Source of the DNA: the human T2T-CHM13v2.0 reference genome, Homo sapiens
Assembly: GCF_009914755.1 (NCBI RefSeq)
Contig: NC_060932.1
Strand: one strand, 5' to 3'
DNA: 64,000 nt
Positions 1 through 11,683 of the stretch are shown here, piece after piece; position 1 is the stretch's first letter, and each line of letters opens with the position of its first letter. Below the pieces are notes generated by a model that ran no database searches, was not told the DNA's origin, and saw nothing but the letters and a program-made list of their open reading frames with translations. The position numbers were made by a program, and so were the translations under genes.

Positions 1-875
1 CCTGTTTCATTGGTCTATAGGTCTGTTTTTGTACAAATACCATGCTGTTTTAGTTACTGTAGGCTTGCTTAAAGTCAGGTAATGTAATGCTTCTAGTTTT
101 GCTCTTTTTGCTTAGGATTGCTTTAGCTATTCAGACTCTTTTTTGGTTCTATATGAATTTTAGAATATTTTTTTCTAATTCTGTAAGAACTGACATTGGT
201 AGTTTGAAAAGGATAGCATCGAATTTGTAAATTGCTTTGGGAAGTCTGACCATTTTAACAATATGATTCTTTCTATCCATGAGTATGAAATGTTTTTCCA
301 TTTGTTTGTGTCATTTCTGGTTTCTTTAAGCAGCATTTTGTACTTCTCATTGTAGAGCTCTTTCACCTTCCTGGCTAACTATACTCCTAGGTATTTTATT
401 CTTTTTGTGGCTATTGTGAATGGGGCTGTGTTCTCTTTATTATTATTATTATTATTTTTTGGTGGGGAGTGGGATTGTGTTCTTGATTTGGCTCTCAGCT
501 TGAATGTTATTGGTTTACAAAAATGCTACTGCTTTTTGTACATTGGTTTTGAGTCCTGAAATTTAACTGAAGTTGTTTTTCAGTTCTATGAGCCTTTGGG
601 CAGAGACTATGGGGTTTTCTAGTTATAGAATTATATTGTCTGTGAAGACAGATAGTTTGACTTCCTTTCTTTTGCATGCCTTTTCTTTCTTTCTCTTGCC
701 CAATTGCTCTGGCTAAAACTTCCAGTACTATGTTGTATAGGAGTGGTGATGGTGGGCATCATTATCTTCTTCTGGTTCCAAAAGGGAATTCTTCCAGCTT
801 TTTCCCATTCACTATAATGTTGGCTATGGATTTGTCATGGATGGCTCTTATTATTTTGATGTATATTCCATTGAA
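1..875 (-). mobile_element. LINE-1 (older primate L1PB/L1PA-like) ORF2 RT region; non-inverted part of a 5'-inverted insertion whose 3' end lies upstream of the window
   Basis: Minus-strand ORF 175..366 ([33 protein letters not shown]) is L1 ORF2-like; nucleotide similarity to antisense L1 runs to ~875. Confidence 0.9.
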
Positions 876-2195
876 GTATAGAATAAACATCCTTTTCATC
901 TGCACATGGCACATACTCTATGATTGGCTACATGCTTGGCCATAAAGCAATTCTCAAAAATTTCAAAAAAGCTGAAATTATATCAACCTCACTCTTGGAC
1001 CACAGTGTAATAAAAATAGATACCAATACCAAGAATTTACCTCAGAACCATACAATTACATGGAAATTAAACAACCTGCTGCTGAATGACTTTTGAGTAA
1101 AGAATGAAGTTAAGGAAGAAATACAAAATTTCTTTGAAACTAATTAAAGCAAAGATACACCATATCAGAATCTCTCAGAGACAGCTAAAGCAGAGTTTAG
1201 AGTAAAGCTTATAGGGCTAAACACCTTCATCAAGAAGTTAGAAAGATCTCAAATTAACAACTTAACATCATACCTAAAGCTACTAGATAAACAAAAGCAA
1301 ACCAACCCAAAAGCTAGCAAAAGAAAAGAGATAACCAAAATCAGATCCAAACTGAACAAAATTGAGAGGGGAAAATCTACACAAAATATTAATGAAACCT
1401 AAAGTTTGTTCTTTGGGAGAGTGAATAAGTTTGACAGACTGCTAGATAAATTAACAGAGAATAAAGACAGAAGGTCCAAATAAATACAATAATAAATGAC
1501 AAAGATGACTTTACCACTATGCCACCATAATACAAAAAAAACTCTCAGAGACTTTTAAAAACACCTCTATGCACACAAACTAGAAAAACTAGAATAAATT
1601 TGTTAATTCCTGGAAACTTATGACCTCACAAGATTGATCCAGAAAGATATTTAAATACTGAGTAGACCAACAATGAGTTCAAAAGTTGATTCAGCATTAA
1701 AAAAAACCCCTATCAACCAGGAAAATCCCTGGACCAGAAAGATTTACATCCATGTTCTACCAGATGTGTAAAGAACAGTTTGTACTAATGCTACTGAAAT
1801 TATTTCAAAAATTGAGAAGGAAGAACTCCTCCCTATCTAATTCTATGAGGCTAACATCATTCTGACACCAAAATCTTGCGGAGACACACACAAAAATGAA
1901 AACTTAAGGGCAGTATTCCTGATGAAATAGATGCAAAAATCCTCAATAAAACACTAGCAAATAAAATCCAACAGCACATACAAAGCTAATTGGCCATGAT
2001 GAAGTAGGTTTTTTTTTTTCCTGGGATGCAAGGTTGGTTCAACATAACCCAAATCAATAAATATGCTTCTTCACATAAACAGAACTAAAAACAGAAATCA
2101 CATGATCATCTTAATAGATGCAGAAAAGGCTTTTGATAAAATTTAACATCATTTCATGTTAAAAACTGTCAATAATTTGGGCATCAAAGGAAAAT
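876..2195 (+). mobile_element. LINE-1 ORF2 (end of endonuclease to start of RT), inverted 5' segment of the same L1
   Basis: Plus-strand L1 motifs such as 'gaccacagtgtaataaaaataga', 'gggatgcaaggttggttcaacat' and 'atagatgcagaaaaggcttttgataaaatt'; it ends at about the L1 position where the minus segment begins. Confidence 0.9.
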
Positions 2196-2792
2196 TTCTT
2201 CATTATTTTATTTGGAAAAAACAGCATTGTTTATAATTTCTAATTTTATTATATATATCTTGTCTCTTCATTTAACATTAAATCAATTTTTTCTCATAAA
2301 CCCAATGGGCATTTTTCAATGAAATAATATGCATGCTTCTCTACCTTCCTGCAAGAAGAGCAGCCAGAGAGAGCAGTAAAAACCTGTTTCAGTGGGAATG
2401 TTGCTTAGGAGAATAAAATAATAGAAAATATTAACAAATTTGTGTTAGGAATTTACTTACCTCTAAGGGTTTTACAGGTGGAGCAAAGTGTCTAATATGA
2501 TAGATAAATGAGAAAGAAAATATCAATTTTGATGAATTTGAGGATGTATTCGTTATTCCATTTTTGTAAAATTCAATTAGATTGGTAAATTTCTCCTAAT
2601 ATAAATCCACACCTTGTACACAGACAGAGAGTTGGGGATTGAGACAGAGAGAGAGAGAGAGAGAAACAGAAGTAGGCCTATAGAACTCTGTAAATCCATT
2701 AAACTAGGGACATGGATGAGGAAATATATTTGCTCACCCTTTTAGTCACAGGTGGAAGGAAGGTAGGAAGATACTCAGGATTTTTTCTACCA

Positions 2793-2980
2793 AAGTGGTT
2801 CTCAAACTTTAGGGTACACTTGATTGCCTGCAGAGCTTTTGATATTCAGATTTCTGGGTCCCATCCCAGAGTTTTTCATTCAATAGATCTTAGATAAGAC
2901 TAAGAATTTACCTAACTTCTGACAAGTTCCCAGGTAAAGTGGATGCTGCTGGCCCAAGGACCACTTTTTGAGAACTGCTG
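2793..2980 (-). mobile_element. MER5A (hAT-Charlie MITE)
   Basis: Ends 'agtggttctcaaa' and 'tttgagaactgctg' form degenerate TIRs; internal 'gatgctgctggcccaaggaccac' matches MER5A. Confidence 0.8.
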
Positions 2981-3108
2981 CTCTAGAAAGAAGACTACCA
3001 TGGCACTAGAAATAAAATAATAACAACAATAGCAAAACAAAAACTGTTGCTTATGAAGCATTTGCCATGTGTTAGGCACAGGTCTAGAGCTTTATGTAAA
3101 ATACCTCA

Positions 3109-3518
3109 TGATACACTTTGGATATTTTTCTCCACCCAAATCTCATGTTGAATTGTAATCCCCAAAGCTGGATGTGGGGCCTGGTGTGAGGTGTTTGGAA
3201 CATGGGAGTAGATCCCTCATGACTTGGTTCTGTCTTCATGATAGTGAGTTCTCACAAGATGTGATCATTTAAAAATGTGTGGCACTTCCTCTCTCTCTCT
3301 CTCCCTCCCCTACTTCTCTTTTGCTTCTGCTTTTGCCAAGTGATGTGCCTGCTCTCCCTTCACATTCTGCCATAATTGGAAGCTTCCTGAGGCCCCTCCA
3401 GAAGCAGATACCACTATGTTTCTGTAAAGCCTGCAGAACCATGAGCCAATAAAACCTCTTTTCTTATATGTTACCCATCTCAGATATTTTTATATAATTA
3501 AAAGAATAGCCTAATAAA
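3109..3518 (+). mobile_element. MaLR LTR (MST family), 5' LTR
   Basis: Starts 'tgatacactttgg...cccaaatctcatgttgaattgtaatcccca'; contains 'gaagcttcctgaggcc' and AATAAA; ends 'gcctaataaa' followed by 'gaaaattggtac'. Confidence 0.9.
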
Positions 3519-4967
3519 GAAAATTGGTACTAAGGATGGGGCATTGCAATAAAGATACCTGAGCAGAGATTGGAAGAATTGGAGGGCTCATAAGAAGATA
3601 GGAAGTTGAGGGAAAGTTTGCAGTTTCTTAGAGATTGGAAAAATAGTTTTGACCAAAGTGCTGATAGTGATGTAGACAGTCCAGGCTGCTGAGGTCTCCG
3701 AAGGAAATGAGGAAATGACTAGGAACTGAAGCAAAAGTCATGAATGTTATGCCTTGGCAGAGAACTTGACTGCATACTATTCATACTGTAGGGATCTCTG
3801 GAAGTTTGAATTTGACAGTGATAATTCACTATCTGCTGGAAGAAATTTCTAAGAAGCAAAATGTTTAAGATGTGGCCTGGCTGCTTCTAAGGGCCTCTGC
3901 TCAGATTCAGGAGCAAAGGAATGACTTAAAGCTGAAACAGGGAAGCATAACATAAAATTTTGGAAAATATGCAACCCGGCCATTTGGTAGAAAAGAAATG
4001 CCAATTTTCAGGAGAAGAATTCAAGCAAGACATGGAGCAACCACTTGCTAGAGATGTTTGCATAACTAAAAGGGATCCGAGTGCTGATAGCCAAGACAAT
4101 GCAAAAAAGGCCTTGAAGGCATTTCAGAGACCTTTGCAGCAGCCCCTCTCATCACAAACTCTCAGGCCTAGGAGGAGAGGATGGTTTCAGAAGAGAAATA
4201 GTTTCAGACCCATTGCCCTGTGCAGCTTTGTGATACTGCTCCCCTTATCTTGGCTGTTCCTTCTCCATCCTCAGCTCAAAGTATCCCCAGATACTGCTCA
4301 TGCCACTCCTCTGGAGAGATTAAGCTGCCCTAAGCCTTGACAACTTCCATGCGGTGTTAAGTCTGCAACCCGCAGAGTGCAAGAGTGAACGCTTGGTAGC
4401 CTCACCTAGATTTCAGAAGTTATATGAAAAAGCGTGGGTGCCTAGGCAGAAACCTGCTGCAGATGCAGAGGCACCACAGAGAACCTGTATTAGTGCAGTA
4501 CCTAGGGGAAATATGGGGTTGGAGCCTTCACACAGAATTCGCACTGGGGCACTGCTTTGTGGACCTGTGAGGAGAAGGCTGCTATCCTCCAGACTCAAGA
4601 TTGGTAGATTTACTGGCAGCTTGCACCCTGCATCTCAAAAGCTACAAGCATTCACTCCCAATTTGTAACAGCAGCCCTCTGAATCCTGCAAAGACACAGA
4701 GGCAGAGCTGCCCAAAGCCTTGGAAGCCCACCCCTTGCACCAGTGTGCCCTGGATGTAGGACATGGAATTAAAGTTTATTTTGGAACTTTAAGATTTAAC
4801 AACTTCCCTGCTGAATTTTGAACATGCATGGGGCCTGTAGCCCTTTTCTTTTGGCCAATTTCTCCCTTTTAGAACAGAAATATTTACCCAATGCCTATGT
4901 CCTCATTATGTCTTAGAAGTAACTAACCTGGTTTTGGTTTTACAGGCTCATAGGTGGAAGAGACTTG
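3519..4967 (+). mobile_element. MST/THE1-type MaLR internal sequence, 3'-truncated, no 3' LTR
   Basis: Begins with the MaLR-int 'gaaaattggtact'; ORF fragments 3960..4340 and 4354..4668 are homologous to those of the second MaLR-int at 19.2-19.9 kb. Confidence 0.88.
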
Positions 4968-5002
4968 ATAGGCTCTTCCTAGAGACTTTTACAGGCTCAT
5001 AG

Positions 5003-5477
5003 ATATGAAGAGACTTACTGTGAGAATTGGCTCACAGAATTATGGAGGCCAAAAAGTCCCATGATCTGTTGTCTGCAAGCTTTATAACTAGGGAAGCCAG
5101 CACTGTAATTCAGTTTGATGTAACTCCCAGTCTTAGTGAGGCCTTGGGTGGTGAGGTTGGGGGAGGAGGGACAACTGATGTAAGTCCTGGAGTTGAAAGT
5201 CCCAAAAACCAGGGCTCTGATTCCCAAGAGCAGGAGAAGATGGATTTACTAGATCAAGAAGAGAGAGAGTAAATTCACTCTTGCTTTTCATTTTTGCTTT
5301 ATCAGGGCCCTCGTGGATATATGACATCTACCCACATCTGTGAGGGTGGATCTTCTGTACTCAGTCTTTTGATTCGAATGTTGATTTCTTCCAGAACACC
5401 CTCATGGATTCACCCAGAAATAATGGTTTGCCAGCTCTCTAAGCATCTCTTAACCCAGTCAAGTTGACACATAAAAT
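5003..5477 (-). mobile_element. MLT2-family ERVL LTR (partial)
   Basis: 'gaattggctcacagaattatggaggccaaaaagtcccatgatctgttgtctgcaagc' and terminal 'ccagtcaagttgacacataaaat' are typical of antisense MLT2. Confidence 0.8.
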
Positions 5478-7609
5478 CTGTAAAGTGGAACTCACCATCT
5501 GTAAAATGAAACTCAGTGTTCTTTTGTGAGGTCGTAGGATGTGTTAATACCTTCTCCATTTCTCTTATACCTCCAGCTCTACCATTTACTTATATTGACT
5601 TTGGGTAAGTCATTTTGCATTTTAGAATTTCTTGATTTTAGCCCTTTATCTGTGTTTTGACTCGGCTCATGTCATCTGTAAAATAAAAGGATCATATCTA
5701 TTTTAAGCCTCCTAATTATTTGATGTTCCACTAGATAAGAGGTATGAAAATGCTTTGAAATGGAAAACAAGCACAAAGCTATGTTGAGGAAACTTTCTTA
5801 TCATTTCTGCTATTATTGATTTTTCCATGTGATTTTCACAAACGTTCTAAAAGGTACCTGAGGATACACTGCTATTTATTAAATTATAGAACTCAATTAC
5901 TGTCAGAACCATTGAGATTTGCATACTAGGTTTCTTTGGAACTCTCATAAAGAATGTGGACCTAAGTGTTGTGGTGTAAACATAGGAGAAACCCTGCCTT
6001 ATTTTAATGCATGATTGCTATTTTCAGGCATTCTACTAAAAATTTGTCATCTCATTTAAAATTCACTGTAACTCTATGAGGTTTGATGGTATTATTGTAC
6101 TAAATTTTCCTGTAAATTGAGGTTTTGAAATGTTAAGCAATTAGCCAAAGATCAGTTAGTTAGTAAACTTGTCATTGAGTCAGAAACAAACAGGGCAGAC
6201 TCCCAAGCCCGACTTTGTAACTAGTACTTTCTGATTTCGTTTTTCTCAATTCACACAAATAAATCTTAGTAAAATTTCATTTACAAATTTTTCTTTTTCT
6301 TTCATTTAAAATGTTCTCATATATTTGATACTTTCTACCCTTTGTCTATATCAGGGCAATGTGTGGCAAGTTTAGTGAGAAACGAGTCTTATTCTTCAAT
6401 ATGAGGGAACTTCTTAACAGATTTGTCATTCTGGACACTGCAACAAAATTTACAACAAGTGTACATTATATCCATTGCACATATCTGTCTACAATGCCTG
6501 GAGGGTTTCTTCAACCTCAGATTTTATAAAGACTAAAATAAGGATTTGTCATCCACATTCTGAGATGAAGGCTCAATATATCTTTCTATTTTGTTCATGT
6601 ATGCAAATACATATTCCAAATTTGCTAAAGTTCTATGGGAGGATCTGATGTAAGCTTAGAGTTACTCCTCCTTAAAGAACTAGCTGAAACCCCAAGGCAG
6701 AGCATTGGTCTCTCAGGAAAGCCACCTTAACTTCCTCCAGGTGCAGCTGAATCAGCTCTATGTCTTTCATTCTCTCTCTGCTCTTGCTGGTCTATTCTTG
6801 AATGACACTTCCTCAAGGATATACTTAACCTTCATCTTCACTTGTGCACTTGGGCAAGGCTCATCTTTAGTTGGCTTTGTCATGGGAATGTCACTCTTTC
6901 CAGTAACTCAGCAAGTGTCTGACTCATCAATTGCAGGTTAACAGGGAAACAGCTTCCTGTTCTCTAGGTAAAATTCTTGCGGGACCTGTCCCTCTGTAAC
7001 CTTAGCACTTACCTGCATTCTATCTACTGCTTTTTCTGTTATAGAGTGTTTGAGGAGAGGGACTGTAATTTGGAGCAGGTAGAATAACTCACTATTTGGG
7101 TGTAAAGTCTTTCACTGTGAAGAAAGAACACATTTAATACAATTTGACAACTTTATTGAAGGCTCAGTATTAGCAAGTCTGAAACTTCCCAAAGTGCAGA
7201 GCTTATATTCAAAACAATTTTAGAAGAAGGACAGAATTTTTTTGATGAGTATGTGTTTAATGTGTTTTAAAATAATTCTCTCTAGCTTTCTACTTTAAAA
7301 TATAACTGGTATCTCCATAAGCACTGATAATTGTGATTTTACAACTATCAGTGCTTATGACCAGGTAAATGCCATCTCAAGACACCAAAGTAGATTGTCA
7401 GAACCATCAAGATAGCCAGTTAGCTGAAGGATCTAGAAAGCATAGTGAAGTAGGCTTATGAATGAGTGCACTTTGAGAAATGCTGACCTAGATTAAACGA
7501 TATCAAGACACACTCCATAGGACATTGTCAGTCCCCCTACTGTTGTTCCCCATAGCTGTTTGTGTGGCTCTCCTATTTACTTATTTCGTGTTTGCTCACA
7601 TTGTCTGTA

Positions 7610-7810
7610 TCCAAATCTAGAGTCTACCAATTTTCTTGCTGTGTGACTCAGGAACAATTACTTACTGCTTGGAGTCTAGGTCCCTTCATCAATTATATGA
7701 AGAACTTAGAATAACACCTACCTCTCAGGGTACTTATAAGGCTTAAATGAGACTATATATGTATTTAGCCTAGTACCTGGCCTGAAGAAAGGGCTTAATA
7801 GGTGGTAAAA
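7610..7810. mobile_element. MIR SINE fragment (representative; further MIR pieces near 5.6, 6.1, 9.0, 21.8, 25.2, 29.5, 32.4-33.1, 38.6, 39.0-40.1, 41.3, 46.7, 47.3, 47.7, 56.2, 57.1-57.4, 59.3, 60.8 and 61.6 kb)
   Basis: MIR core-like 'gctgtgtgactcaggaacaattactt...aataacacctacctctcaggg...gcttaaatgaga'. Confidence 0.65.
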
Positions 7811-9539
7811 GTATCTTTAAGGGATAAAATACATATGACGTTATTTCAAGCTTAATAATCCAAAATTTTCAGGGAATTCTAAAAACTGAAACTGACTTGC
7901 AACTGTTCTGCTAACTAAACTGTGGGTCAATTGAGGCTGACAGAAGTTGAGATGTTTGTGGTCACTGATATATCCAGAGCCTGGGATCTATCCCTCCTCT
8001 TCTGACTGTGTGGAAGGGCTCTTTCTGTGTCCTAGTGCTCCTCAGAATCAAACATTTCCCTAGTCTTCTTACTGAAGATATGATTCCTATTCAATTAATC
8101 AAATGCTGTATGTACCAACACAGAGACTCTTTAAGAAAATCTGATGTAACAATCCCAAGAATCACAACCGACTTAGTGAAAGGTAGAGTCCTGGGGTTTA
8201 CCAAATCCTTGTCCTCCACACCTCAGTGGTACATTGCATAAATGCATTTCAGAAAAGAGACTAGGGACATTTCCTTCTCTCCTCCCAAGGTAATGCAAAA
8301 AATAAAAGAATCCTTTATAAGTGTCACAATGGTGCTTTTTTATCAAGGGCAACAGATGTATAATACATTACATTATTTATTGTTTCCTTTCTCTGACCTG
8401 AGGTAAAGAGTTCTGTTGTCTTATCCTCAGATGGAATAAGAGTGAAAGTGTTTGTTTCTTTACATATAATCAGATTAGTTGTTGTCATTACACTGTTTCC
8501 AAGTTGTTTCTTACTGTGTCTCTCTCTCTTTCATAATGGGAAAATATGTTCTATGCAAAATTGGAGACATGCTTCTGCTTTTTCAGATGTTAGGGGTACC
8601 ATCTGCACAAGGTCCCAAAGTTTGTGAAAGAGAAGGTAGGTGACACCTATCAAAACTTGATGCAATAAACAGTCTAGATGATGGGGAACACAGGGTTGGG
8701 CATTTTTGAGGCGGATGAAAGCGGGCTTCTTATTATCCAGAGAAGTTATGCCACCTATAGGCTAAGTCATATGTAACAGACATAACAAATGGTCATAGAG
8801 ATAACACACACAGTGCAGACCTCTTTTCTCACTCTATTTTCCTGCACACAATGCAGCCCTCTTTTCTTTCCTATCAGGAAAATAAAGAACGAGTTGTCCA
8901 AGTTCACTTACTTAGTACTTAGGCAAGTTCATCCAGTGTTGTTAAAGTAACATCTGACCACTGCTTTCTAATAGCATACCAAACTTGGACAACTAACTAA
9001 AAGTTTCTAAACCTCTGTTTTTCTCATCTTTAAAATAAGACAATAGTGACTAAAGATTTGTTGTGTGCGGTTATCATGAGCTGCTATATATCGTGCAATG
9101 CTTGTCATGGATTAGATGCCTAAAAAAGTTGAACCATTACTTTACTCTTAGCAGTCATTTGCTATTGTGGACATTCAGATTGTTTTCATTCATTTGTTAA
9201 TGCTTTTATTAGAAAACTGTGAGGCAAATACTCTGTGCCAGGTCCTATGCAGGGCTAACTATGGAATGGGACTGAAAGTCTGGGAGGACAGATGACATCA
9301 ACAATACTATTCAAGTTACATAAAAGAGGCAAATTATCTTAGGATGGGACAGTGTTATAGGAGGGTTTTTGCTTTTTGTTTTGCCTTCTTTCAGTTTTAT
9401 TTTTAAAGTATGATATAAAATTAACTTTTAAATAATAGAAAGAATATATAAATATTTCAACCAAAGCACTGGAGCACTAATATGGAAAAAACATAATTTT
9501 GTTGACTTCTGTAGGTTTAACTTGTGTTTAGTATTTGTG

Positions 9540-9708
9540 ACAGGGACCAAGAGTTGTGCCCTTTCTCCATTCATTTCTTCTTCCATTGTAAGAGAATTAT
9601 TATCTGGGTACATGGCATCCCAGAATTGCAACTGTGTTATCTAAACTCTCCTGCAGCTTTGTGAGACCATATAACTAAGCTCTGGGCAATGAGACATAAG
9701 AACAGAAG
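9540..9708 (+). mobile_element. MLT1-type MaLR LTR fragment
   Basis: 'ctgggtacatggc...ctcctgcagc...ccatataactaagctctgggcaatgagacataagaacagaagt' resembles old MLT1 LTRs. Confidence 0.5.
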
Positions 9709-10444
9709 TTTTCAAATTTATAAAGTTCAATTTATAATTTATAAAATTTATCAGCCATAGTTTTCAAGGTAAGATATTTTTCTCTTATGTTTTCCCCCAG
9801 CAATTTTATAGATTTAGGTTTTACATTGAGGTTTATGATCCATCTTGAGTTATTTTTCATGGATGGTGCAAAATTTGGTTCGAAGTGAATTTTTTTTGCA
9901 TATGGGTACCATTTACTAGTTCTTTGGGTACCATTTACTAAGAAAGCTATCTTTCCTCTACTGAATTGCGTCCACATCTTTGTTGAAAATCAGTTGTGCA
10001 TATATGTATGCGTTTATTTTTGTATTTTCTATTTTTTTCTATTGATAAGTGTGTCCGTCTTGATGTTATCACTATTCTCTCGCAATTACTGTAGCTCTGA
10101 ATTATTGAAATCAGGTAGTATTTGTCCTCCAAGTTTTGTTCTTTTCAAGGATGCCTAAGCTTTACTAAGTCCTTTGCATTATTATATGGTGTTTAGAATC
10201 AGTTTGTCAATTAAAAAAAAAGCTTTCTGGAATTTTGATTGAAATTCTATTAGATTTGTGGGTTAATTATGAACATTTGATGCCTTAGCTACCGAGTCTG
10301 CCGACACATGAACACAGCGTATCTATCTCTTCATTTAAGACTTCTTTAATTTCTCTCGGTGATGTTTTATAGTTTCCAGTGCACAAGTTTTACACTTCTT
10401 TTTTAGACTTATTTCAAAGTATGTCAAATTGTTACAGAATTGTA

Positions 10445-10590
10445 AAGTTCTCCTTCGTTTTCCACCATGATTATAAGTTTTCTGAGGCCTCCCAGTCATG
10501 TAGAACTGTGAGTCAACTAAATCTCTACTGTTTGTGAATCACCCAGTCTCAGGTGGTATCTTTATAGCAGGGTGAAAACAGACTAATACA
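10445..10590 (+). mobile_element. THE1/MST LTR 3' fragment nested in the L1M
   Basis: 'ccatgattataagttttctgaggcctcccagtcatgtagaactgtgagtcaa...gactaataca'. Confidence 0.85.
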
Positions 10591-11683
10591 CTTCATTTTC
10601 ATCTAATGTATTGTTTCTGTTCTAGGTTCTCAGCCAGTATATCTCATTATATGTACATATTATATCTTTTTAGGCCCCTCTTGGCTGTGACAGTTTCTAA
10701 GACTTTTTTTAATTTTTGATAAAACTGGCAGTTTTGAGGCATAGTGGTCTGGTATTTTGTAAAGCATCATTCTATTGCAATCCGTGGTAAAGTTATTCTT
10801 TTTTTTACTTTATGAATACTGTACTTTTTGAAAGGGATTCCCTACGGGTAGCCCACATTAATGAATGGGAATGCTCCACTTCCTTAAGGTGAAATATCTA
10901 TGTAAATTATTTATAAGTCTTCTGCATGTGAGATGTATCTCTTGTAATTTATTTATTTATTTATTATTTAGTTATATCACTATGGACTCATGGATATTTA
11001 TTTTATTCTTTTGTTTATAATCTGATACTACTTTGTATTACATATACTATATCATATTATATATACCATGTATTTATTTATTGCTCTGATTATTACATTT
11101 TTGGCCACTAAGAGCACTTTCAGTTAGTGTCTCTTTGTCATATCCCATCAGTGTACTGTGTGTTGTTTTATTTTCAAGTGACTTCTTTCTTTCTAGTACC
11201 ACAAGATATTTCAAATCTCATATATTTCCTGCCCCAGTTCTAGAATCAGCCATTTCTCCAAGAAGACTGAATTCCTTTCATTTGAGAATGGTATTAGAAT
11301 CTGAATTGTGCATGCTAGGTATGGTTACTGCTGCTGGGTATTATTATTTCTAGGTCCTCTCAGGTGACAGAGAAAGAAAATAACCATATATGGTTATATT
11401 CTAATTTGCACATATATGCATATCTATATTCCTATATGTAATAATCTATATTTATTAAATTAAATATGAGCTAATACTGATGTCTCCAATTCTAATGCAT
11501 TACCATATGGGCCATTCTGGCCTCCTCTCCTTGCTTATCTGTAAACTTATACTGTAACACTGAGAAACCAGTTTTTGCCATTCATTTACTTAATTGTTCA
11601 ATTCTGGTATAAATGTATAAAGCACCAGAATTTTTAGCCCATGACCCTGTGGGAAACAAATTCACAAACTGGAGTGCAGTGCA
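10591..11683 (-). mobile_element. L1MC-type 3' region nested in the older L1M
   Basis: 'atatttcctgccccagttctagaatcagccatttctccaagaag...gagaatggtattagaa' and 'ctgatgtctccaattctaat' are L1MC 3'UTR-like. Confidence 0.7.

Noticed and set aside
3960-4668. 126-aa and 104-aa ORFs, with homologous ORFs at 19239-19928, resembling a duplicated gene
   Set aside because: Both lie in MST/MaLR internal sequence and are decayed, frameshifted retroelement ORF remnants.
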